Shown: positions 21,801 to 31,857 of the stretch, piece by piece
Position numbering within the stretch: position 1 is the first letter of the stretch
Layout of the letters: each line of letters begins with the position of its first letter
Assembly (NCBI GenBank): GCA_907165135.1
Contig: OU015568.1
Coordinates: 16,565,208 to 16,629,207 of the forward strand
DNA: 64,000 nucleotides
Source of the DNA: Oikopleura dioica
Lineage: Eukaryota; Animalia; Chordata
Reading direction: 5' to 3'
Position numbers and translations under genes: made by a program
Notes under the pieces: model-generated
Told to the model about the DNA's origin: nothing
The model's database searches: none
The model's input: the letters and a program-made list of their open reading frames with translations, nothing else

Positions 21801-24800
21801 TGGTCTTCCAGTACCTTGTTTTCCAGCTGAAGGGTCCTCCAGGAGGTCCTCCGGCATCAAGTGGCCGAATACGGCAATAACCAGCCAATCCAGCCTTTAT
21901 ATTTTGTTTGTGTCTTTATTTTTAAATACTGGTCTTCCAGCAGCTTGTCTTCCAGCAGAGGGGTCCTCCGGGAGGTCCTCCGGCACTAAGTGGCCGAAGT
22001 TGACCTTAAGTGTTTTTAACGTCGAGGACGAAAAAGATGTAGTAGTTACCATGGAGTTGAGCTCTAAAGGGAGATCGAGAATCTGAGCTACTGAAAAATG
22101 CACTGAGTTTTTCAGTAGCTCATTCTGAGCGCGCCTAATTTTGGGGAGAAGCCGCGCAAACCATTGTCGGCTCTCTCATTGGCTCGGACTTTCCAGATTC
22201 TGTTCTTCAGAATCTCGAGATTCTTCTAAACAGCCAGGCAAGCGTTCAAGAAGTTTTCTAGACTTCCCCGACACTGATTTGCGCGGGATAGGGGGAAGGG
22301 GGCCAAGAGCTTTCTCCCCAAAGAGTTAAACTTCATGGTAGAAGCCTATCCTTAATTTCCGGCATTTTTGCCATTTTTCGCTGGTTTCCGGTACTTTCCG
22401 GCAGTCTTTACTCATAAAAAATGGGTACCAAGACCACTTTTTTTTGGTCCCTACAGATAGCTCAGAGCCTGAGCTTTTCAATAAGAAGAAAAAAATAGAC
22501 ACTTTTCCGATGCGCACACCTTGCGCAGGCCAAAAAAACGATTTTGGTGCGATTTTCGGACTTTTGCAGGTCATTTCCGGTCACACAACAAAGGTTTTTC
22601 AAAAAGTCTTCAATATGAAAGTTGTTCAGCTTGAGCTGCTCTATCATCCTATCTTGACAGATTTTGAAAAAAACAGCGATTTCGAGTTGGCCATTTTTTG
22701 CGGCTTGGCCCTAAGTATAGGCTATACTAAAGGCTATACTGTATAGCTTTTTCATCAGTTTTATGAAAATAACAAAGCCGATTGGTGCAACTTTTCTCAA
22801 TGGTCAACACTTTCTCGTTGATTTCGAAGGAAACTTGAAAATATTAAGCGAAGATGGGATGTCGGCGAAATTTGTTGTCAATCGAGACTTTTCAAGGTAA
22901 ACAGTTTAAACAGTCAGTTAAACGTTACAGTCAGAGTAATGTTTTTTTGTAGCACTGGCAATTTCATGTTTCACTTTGGATCATCTATCGGCACTCACGA
23001 AATCGAGATTCGAGACAAATACGACGCAAAAATGTCCTTTCCCGTCGTCGTCATCTGGAACCGGTCAAATTTGTTCAATTTATGACTCGTTAATTTGATC
23101 TAAATCTCTAAAAAAGCACAAAATATTGACCGCCGAAAGCTCTCCCGAAAGAAGAAAGGACAAGTGTTTCTACTACGCGCCGGACTACAATTTGAATAGA
23201 TTCGAAGCAGCCCAGGGTTTGAGCAATAAACCGCTAAAATCTTCATTCGATTTTAAGGGTACATCGCCAGTAATCACTTCAACGCAAAAACATCGTCAAT
23301 CAGCTTCGGCGGAACATTCTATCTGATGAGCATGAGACTGGGCGATGGATGGATACAAATTTCAAAAACTGTCGCTCTCCACAAAATAAGGAAGAGTGAA
23401 GAGCTCGAAAAAGGCTGGCGGAAGGATGAAATCGCGATTCCGGCCGAGTTTAGAGATTTTGACCCAGTGCATGTTGTACCTCTGGGACGGGTTTCAAATA
23501 ATTGATTAATGAATTATTTGGAATAAATCATTCCTGAAAATTTAAAAATCCAGGGTAGATCGACCTTGGACGACTTTTGATCGTTTTAGTCACCCGAAGC
23601 ATCGTCCTTTCCAACATGCAATATTCCTTGCTGCTCGAAAAAGAAGGCAAGTTCCTCACCTTCGGCAGCGACTGGATCGGCTCGCTCGTCCAGTACAATC
23701 AAGAAGCACGATGCTACTCGGCAATGTTTGCTCCTGACGACCTCGCGTATTCGAATCCATATGGGACCAACAACGACGAGTGCGAATATTTCATCAATGC
23801 GTTTTCAAGCAACGATCAACTTTACCTTCAAAGTCTTGTTTTTGACGCAGCTTTCGAGATTCACTTCGATTTCGAGCGAATAGATCTCGACTTTCGGCAA
23901 CAGGAAGCGGCGAATAAAATGCACGTCACAAGCAACCCATATTTCACCTTTCACGAAGACATTTTCCCGCAGTTTTCGAAAAACGCGGTTCCTCAATTTG
24001 ATAATTTTCCTCCCTCAGTCATGGCTCAGATTCAATCTTAAGCTAGAATTCCACTCTATCAAATCTTGAGCCGACCATGAAGCAAGTAGCTTATCTCCAC
24101 CGTATCCGCTCGCTATTCTTCCCAACGCTGGTTTTCGTTCCTTCAATGAGTTTGACCACATTTCTTCGTTTCAAATGGATTTCAATGAGACACGAAAACT
24201 CAGTCTTGATATAAAGGTGCTGTTCGAAATCACATAAAATTTTGAAATGCGAACTATTTTTCTAACAAGCAAGATAATCAAAAACGCGACAACTCCGGCG
24301 ACTGTTCTACAACTTCAATCTTATGAAGATAACTCAATTATATTTGAATTCAAACTGCTGCAAAGTGGCTTCCTCGCTTGCCAATCTGACTTTTTCAGTG
24401 GTGGAATAGTGCTGGATCTTCCCGACTTGAAGTGGTCATCAGTTGAGATCGTCTTCCATGTTGAAGATGAGTCGTCTCATATCTTCGAAATGAAAACGAA
24501 CGGAACGCCGATCGGGTCAAAAAGAATAAAAAATCTGCAATCATTTACAGACAAGAGAATACGATTATTCAAGTTTGACGAGAAAACAGAAGTCAAAAAT
24601 TTCTTCTTCTTTGAAAACCGGCCGAGTCAACTCGTGGTCGTCTTGCCAGAGCAGTATGAGATTTCGATGCCATACGCTCTTTTCGGAGACGGTTCAAGAG
24701 ATGAAAATATCAATATTTTGTCTCCTGTGGATTTCGAGGGTTCTACCGCTCAATTTTCTTATTCGTCGATTTATGCTCTCGTCAAGGAAGAACTCTTTCT

Positions 24801-25773
24801 TTTTGGAGGTTTTGATTCAAAGGTAGCGTTTCAGGAATTTCCACTTTTATATTTTTTAGAGAATCGCAAAGCTAGAAAATTGCAGATTTGAGGAGCTATC
24901 TGTGAGGCTTATTGATTCTTATGACATTGGAGGCTCTGCTCTTTCTATCAGAAATGGAACAGAAGGTATTCTTCCAGCCTTAGTTAAACGCATTTAAATT
25001 AAATTAGCATTGATATGTTTTGATCAAACACAAAATAAAGCATGCAATTTGTTTGATGGCTTTGATGTAACGCAAGGTTTACCATCCACGGAAGGTCACT
25101 GGGCTAGCGGTCTTGGCCTCTACAAAGGACAACCTGCTGCGGTAGGCGGGAGAAAGTTTCCGTTTTCAAACGAAGGATACTCTGAAACTCTTTTTGAAGA
25201 CGAATGGAAAATTCTTCCAGCGCATCCAAAGTATGTATAAATATGATATTAACCGCTAAATTAGCACAATTTTTACAGGTGGCTGAGTCATCATTCAGTT
25301 GTTGGGCTTCCTTCAGGTGCACTTGCAACTCTTGGTGGTATTGACTTCCTTACTAAACGAAGTGTAATGAACATTTGGATTTTGAATGAAAATGAATGGG
25401 GCGAAAAAATTTCTCTCAAACAGGTAAGCTTGTCTTCAAGAGGAAGTTAGAGGCAATCGCTTTAATATTGTCCCTGTTTTTGACATAAATTTTATTTGAG
25501 GGTGTCTTTCAATGTTCATCAATCTTGATCGACAACGCAATCTACCTGTTTCCCGGTGACAGCAAAGAAGTAACGAGAGATATTCAGCGAATTATATTAG
25601 GAATGGCACTAGACATATAAATTAGATGATAAAGTAAAATTTCTAAATAGAAATTGTCTTTACCATTTGAAGATTCGAATGAAATCACGGAAGTACAAAG
25701 TCTTGGCTCGCACGAAAGATTCTTTTACTATCCTATCATGTTTCACTCGCAGATGAATTACTGTACTTTGTAG
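15821..25773 (+). CDS. Cys-rich/kelch-like membrane protein, copy 2 (5' end unresolved), interrupted by a 5.9-kb foldback element
   Basis: CLDCQCIG..EEVFLFPE, NYLFFGSIFWITIML, CPFEKYCESGCPCPHYQC, SNMQYSLLLEKEGKF, LFLFGG, ending PIMFHSQMNYCTL* at 25773. Collinear with copy 1. Confidence 0.7.
17218..17600. repeat. ~128-bp subrepeat, about 3 copies, in the left arm (mirrored at ~21615-21995)
   Basis: ggccactt..tgccggaggacctcc..gaggaccct recurs at ~17218, 17346 and 17474. Confidence 0.85.
17722..19066 (+). repeat. 57-bp minisatellite, ~23 copies
   Basis: Unit TTATTCTTTTCAATCAGAACCAGGGCGAAGCCGACCCGAAGGGGAGGCCACGCCCGT, seen as a 19-aa period in the ORF track. Confidence 0.97.
19345..21489 (-). 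repeat. 57-bp minisatellite, ~37 copies, inverted relative to the left array
   Basis: Reverse complement of the same unit. A ~280-bp unique core lies between the two arrays. Confidence 0.97.
22049..22338. mobile_element. 290-bp MITE with TA TSD (Tc1/mariner-type target) nested in the right arm
   Basis: TA at 22047-22048 and 22339-22340. Imperfect ~26-bp TIR (CCATGGAGTTGAGCTCT vs CCATGAAGTTTAACTCT). The left arm has a single TA at the empty site. Confidence 0.85.
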
Positions 25774-25860
25774 AGAGGATTTAATTTGATCAAAATTATC
25801 TCCGCTCGTCGTCCGATTCGATTTCTTTTAATTTTTTTCAGCCATTTTTCAGATCTGCTT
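25770..25860 (-). pseudogene. Frameshifted relic of the N-terminus of the kinase/papain-like gene
   Basis: ctccgctcgtcgtccgattcgatttc..cagccatt matches 12775-12830 and 15010-15060. Reads EKWLKKIK-(1-nt deletion)-KSNRTTSGDNFD versus EEWLEEFKKKLKRTTSRDDLD. Confidence 0.6.
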
Positions 25861-28343
25861 ACCCGAACTCACTTGCGAATAAGAATCTGTTTGCATTGTA
25901 AAATGGTATTTTTGAAAGTTCTGGAAAAATGGTTTGTGTTCTACAAAACAGAGCTGCCCAAAAATTATTTACAAGAACCTTTTCTTATTAAAATATTCAA
26001 AAATTTGCTATAAAAATGGTTAAAACGGTTCAGTTGTCTCCTTGCAGAATTTTCAAAGTACGCGTCTTTTATTTTCTTAGTTTCTGATTCGAATTTTCTT
26101 TGATAAGATTGCGCGTTGGTTCTATCAGTCTCTGAAAACACGTCATCTATGTGTAGTAGCACTAAGCACTAGTTTGCTCGCTAGCGCGCTGTGGAAAATC
26201 ACGAAAAGGCGAAAGAAAATCGCGCAAGTGATCAAAAAACTTCGATACGAACAAAGTTTTCGATAAGATTTTCGATCATGACGCCTTCGCTAAGAACTTT
26301 TTTCTTCAATTTTTAGATGATCAACGTTATTTCCTTAGTAATAAACGGCGAGGACTGCTCCTCAACTCGACTTTGGATAGATTCGAAAGCCCAAGTCAAA
26401 GTTTTCTTTCACATTTCCATGACTCCAAAATAGTCTAAATTTTCTCGTAACTCACGGAAAATCGAATTTACGGAAAATCGAACCTCTCATTTATTTAGCC
26501 CGAAACATATAAAATTTTTAAACAGAATAAAAGCAATCATTTTTTTTCAATAATCAAAATCTCACGAGAAAAATTTTACAAAAAACATGATGCTTTTTGT
26601 TTTAGCAGTTTTATTTACAGAAAATTAATATTAAATCTGACATAATCAAAATCAGCAGCTTCCATTTTGTACTTGATAGTTTGTCGCTGTCCATCCGCCT
26701 CGCTTTCGATTTCTTGCCAATTCCGTTCTTCACCATCATTACCATCAATTTGTTGCGCGACAGCTTTGAATCTTCCGCCGCCTTCTGAAATAAAATTTTA
26801 AAAATTGAAATTTTCATTTTTTACCTTTGTTCCAGATTGATAAATAGAACCAGCCATCTCCTTCTCCCCAATATTCATCAGCACTTTTGAATTTCAAGTG
26901 CCATCCTTGTTCCGCGACCTCCCAATTATTGAAATAATGAAACTTGTCGAAGAGTTTTTCGATATTCTTTTTAGCTTTAAGAACATTTAAACCCTCTTTC
27001 CTTGAGATTTATCGTATTTTCTCCAAGCGCGACCAGCTTCAGCACTTTTGCAATTCTCCTTCTTCCATTGGTCCTCTCACTCCACCATCACTAGTCCATT
27101 TTTCGTTTCCGAAGAACTCGCCCGCTCCACCGATCGCCCCCAACTTCTCCCTCATCTTCTTCAGTTCTTTATTTCTTGCTTCAACCCTTTTTTCTTCCTT
27201 TTTCGAAACTGGCTGATGGTTTTTCCGCTGTTCTCTCAATTCTCGCCCCAATCTCTCAATTTCCCTTTTCTGATTTTCAATTTCTCCTCGATTTCTTTCT
27301 TTTTCTTCTTTCAAAATCGACTCAAGATTTTCAATTTCCCGTTTCGCTTTTTCCAGCTCATTTCGTTGCTTTTTCTTCTCTGACTCGTTTCGCTAGAATT
27401 TCGTATAGACATTTCCAAGAAAATCTTTTTTTTACCAATTCTAGCTGGTCGATCATTTGCCTCGAATATTCAAAATTCTTTTCAAGCTCGTTGTTGATTT
27501 TTTTCAATTTGGCGAGTTCTCGCTTGAGATTTCCATTTTCTTCTTTCAATTGCAAATTTTCCTAAAGATGAGTAAGATCAAAACTATAAATATCTGAAGT
27601 AATTAAAATACTCACTCGATTTTGCTTCGCGATCTTCGCATCTTTTTCTTTCGCTTCTTCTTTCAGTCGATCTTCCATGATTTCGTTGAAAGTATAAAGT
27701 CGATTCTGCAGTTCTTGAATCGTTCTATCTTTTCGCTGAATCTCTTCCTTGAGTCGTTCAACTTCGTCATTCTCATTCGGAAAAGGTGGAGGAACGATGC
27801 TGCTCGGTCGCTCGTCGTTTTCGATTCTCCCTAAGAAATCAACGAAGAGATTCTCATCCCGGAGTTTGATCGCGTTTCTTGGCCGTCTTTTTCGATCCAA
27901 ACGAGTGCATTTTTCAAGAAGAATCTCAAATTCTTCGAATTCATCTGTTTCGCCGAAGGCTTCGAAAAGAGAAGTGCGATTTCCTTTTTGAATGTTCGTT
28001 TCTAAGGAATTTGAAAAATTTAATTCAAGAATTCAAAAAGTGAACTTACGAATTTCAGCAAACAGTGCGGGCTGACCATTGACTCGGCCAAATGGATGCT
28101 CCAAGGTCAATAACTCCTTTGAAACAGATGAAATTTGACTCGAAAATAACCAAAAAACCTGCAAAATGAGAGCAAAGCCCCAGACGTCCAGCCTCGCTGA
28201 CTTCTCCACATGTTCTCCAGAAAGAATTTCTTTAACAAAATATTTAACTTATAAATCTTTTAACTTATAAAATTCCCTTTCATCTTACCTGGAGCAGCGT
28301 AGAGAGGAGTGTAGTTGATTGAATCTCCACTTTTTGTCGTGAC

Positions 28344-31300
28344 TAGGGTTCGCAATCAAATAATTTTGACCATCTTGAATAACAATAAAATTGAATTTTA
28401 GTATAGTAAATCGGTATAAGGGAATCTTAAAAATCGAAAAAAAATGAGAAAAATAAACAAACAAACAAATTATGAGCTAGAAATTCCGGAAAATAATCAA
28501 TATCTTGGGTCACAGGTGTTCTACGATTTCGCAACCTCGACCATACATTTATACAGGCAAAATAACCCTCCTGTCAAAAATTCAAGCGATTTGGAATGGT
28601 TGGTGGATCGTACTTGGAAATTAAAAAATTATTGTTTAGAAAAAAGTGCGCGAAATTCAAAATATGAAATATGCTGAACAAAGAAGATTTCTTATCTGTA
28701 CAAACAGAATAATAATAAAACAAACGGCTATAAAAATATAAAACAATGGAAAATTTAATGATGACATAATACTTATCATTAAAAAATTTGTCGAATCAGC
28801 AGAAAAAATCACGATACATGCATATATAAACCAATAATAATAAGAACTATTTCTCTCTTTTCAAAAATATCACACTATGTATTTATTCATATAAAAGGAT
28901 GTGAGCACGACACATAAGACACATAAGACTTGACTTTGTTATCGATAATTTTCTTGATTAAGTAGTAACAGCTGGGTACCCCGCTGAGAATGCCTTATCA
29001 TCAAAGCCATAATTTCTCCCCTTATAATATAATTTCGGATCACATGTCAAGTCATGTGATCGAAGATCAGCTCAATTTATGCGCAGCTTCCCCTTGAAAC
29101 TGACAATTTTCTTGAATACGTTGTCCCAGCTGGGTACCCCGCTGTGAATGCTTTATCATAGATGCCGGAACTGTTCCTTTTGTCACATGATTTGAGAACA
29201 CCTGTTGAGTCATGTGACTTGATATCAGGTCAATTGATGCGCAGCTTCACCTTGATACTGACGATTTTCTTGAATACGTTGTTCCAACTGGGTACTCCGC
29301 TGTGAATGCCTTATCAGCGATGCCAGAACTTTTCCTTTTGTCACATGATTGCAGAACATGTGTTGAAACATGTGACTAGGTATCAGATCAAAACATGCGC
29401 AGCTTCACCTTGATATTGACGATTTTCTTGAATACGTTGTCCCAACTGGGTACCCCGCTGTGAATGCCTAATCAGCGATGCCAGAACTTTTCCTTTTGTC
29501 ACATGATTGCAGAACACGTGTTGAGTCATGTGACCGGATATCAGGTCAATACATGCGCAGCTTCACTTTGATACTGACAATTTTCTTGAATACGTTGGCC
29601 AGATTGGGTACCCCGCTGTGAATGCCTAATCAGCGATGCCAGAACTTTTCCTTTTGTCACATGATTGCAAAACATGTGTTGAGTCATGTGACTTGATATC
29701 AGGTCAATTGATGCGCAGCTTCACCGTGATACTGACAAATTTCTTCAATACATTGTCTCAATCGTTGTTCCATAAGTTAAGCATAGTCAACTTTAAATTT
29801 CTTGTAATTTTTGATGAGGTATTTGCTGTTTTTATCTTAAAAACAAAGACAAGAGCATAATAAATTCATATCTGATAACAAATTGTCGAAAAATTGTGGA
29901 AAAAGCAATATTGTCGGACATAAACATGTCATACGATGTACTTGAATACGTTGTCCTAACTAAGTACCCCGCTGTGAATGCCTGATCATCGATGCCAGAA
30001 TTTTTCCTTTTGTCACATGATTCGAGAACACCTGTTGAGTCATGTGACTGGATATCAGGTCAATTGATGCGCAGCTTCACCTTGATACTGACGATTTTCT
30101 TGAATACGTGGGCCCAACTGGGTACCCTGCTGTGGAAGCCTTATTGTCGATGCCAGATATTTTTCTTTTGTCACATAGCAGGGTAGGTTGATCATAGAAA
30201 GAAAATCATCAGTATCAAGGTGAAGCTGCGCATGTATAGAAAAGATATCTGGTCAAAAAACTAAACATTTCCTCGATATTCGTGTGACAAACGGAAAAAT
30301 TCGGGCGTCGATTATAAGGCATTCTCATCGGTGATACCATTAAGGACGACATATTTGAGAAAATCGTCAGTGTTGAGGTGAATCCGGGGGTAACTCGGTT
30401 ATGACGACATCTTCAAGAAAATCAGTAGTGTGGAGGGAAGCTGCGCATGTATTGAGCTGATTTCCGGCCAAATGACAAATTGTGTGCTTTGACATCATGT
30501 GAGAAAAGGAGAAACTCTGGCGACGAGGATAAGGCATTCACAGCGGGGTACTCAGTTGTGACGACATATTTAAGAAAATCGGTCATATCGAGATGAAGCT
30601 GCGCATGTTTTGAGCTGATATCTGGTCACATGACTTAGTGGGTGCTTCGACATCATGTGCCAGAAGGAGAAATTCTGGCGACGATGATAAGCCATTCACA
30701 GCAGGGTACCAAGTCGTGACGACATCTTCAAGAAAATCCCCCATATCGAGATGAAGCTGCACATGTTTTGACCTGATATCTGGTCACATGACTAATTGTG
30801 TGCTTCGACATCATGTGATAGAAGGAGAAATTCTGGCGACGATGATAAGCCATTCACAGCAGGGTACCAAGTCGTGACGACATCTTCAAGAAAATCCCCC
30901 ATATCGAGATGAAGCTGCACATGTTTTGACCTGATATCTGGTCACATGACTAATTGTGTGCTTCGACATCATGTGATAGAAGGAGAAATTCTGGCGACGA
31001 TGATAAGCCATTCACAGCAGGGTACCAAGTCGTGACGACATCTTCAAGAAAATCCCCCATATCGAGATGAAGCTGCACTTGTTTTGACCTGATATCTGGT
31101 CACATGACTAATTGTGTGCTTCGACATCATGTGACAGAAGGTGAAATTCTGGCGACGATGATAAGCCATTCACAGCAGGGTACCCAGTTGTGACGACATA
31201 TTCAAGAAAATCCCCAATATTGAGATGAAGCTGCGCATGTTATTAGCTGATATCCAGTCACATGACCGAGCACGTGGTTTGACATGATGTTACAAAGCAT

Positions 31301-31857
31301 GAAATTCTGGCGTCCATCGTAAAGCAAACACAGCGGGGTACCTCTTCGTGAAAGCGATTTCAAGAAAATTATTTTTATCAATGTGACACTCCTAAAGTGA
31401 GTGAGTTCTGTTTATTAATGCTTTTTTTTATTATTTATTTAAATTATGAGTATTTATATAATTTATATTTATTTTTTTTTTAATTTTTATTATTAACTTT
31501 ATTTGTTAAGTTATTATTAAATATTTTATTAATTTATCTAATATTTTTTAATTAAAGTTATTAAATTATTAATTTTATTATCATAAAAAAAAAGAAAATA
31601 GAACAAGTGAAATTGATTTGGGCCAGAGTTTGACTCGGCGCTTTGCTTCAGCACTCGGGCGCCACCCATACAGGGCAGCGCGCAGCCCGCGCCGATGAAA
31701 TTCGTTCTTTTTTCCGGGGCCATATCTCGAGTTCTACTGAAGATTATTAAATTCTGATTTCAGAAATGAAATCTTGATGATTGAAAAGGGGGGAATCCTG
31801 AAAACGGTTATTTTTAGAGCAATTTTAAATTTTGAAATTATTTGATTGCGAACCCTA
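28344..31857. mobile_element. Non-autonomous hAT-type element (3514 bp) carrying inverted 158-bp satellite arrays
   Basis: Perfect 23-bp TIR TAGGGTTCGCAATCAAATAATTT. 8-bp TSD GTCGTGAC at 28336-28343 and 31858-31865. Confidence 0.95.
28953..31370. repeat. 158-bp satellite in head-to-head orientation (about 6-7 units per arm)
   Basis: cttgaatacg recurs at 29111, 29269, 29427 and 29585 (period 158). Reverse-complement units run from ~30200 to 31370 (ttcaagaaaa at 30727 and 30885). Confidence 0.93.

Larger units (their letters stand above)
16797..22713. mobile_element. Foldback-like non-autonomous hAT-type element (5917 bp) with multi-kb inverted arms
   Basis: Termini TAGGGCCCAGCCGCAAAAAATGGCC and GGCCATTTTTTGCGGCTTGGCCCTA. 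8-bp TSD AGTATAGG at 16789-16796 and 22714-22721. 16797-17730 is the reverse complement of 21480-22713, apart from a 290-bp insert. Confidence 0.93.

Noticed and set aside
28953-31370. CRISPR-like or coding repeat in the 158-bp arrays
   Set aside because: No spacer diversity, and only short ORFs broken by stops.
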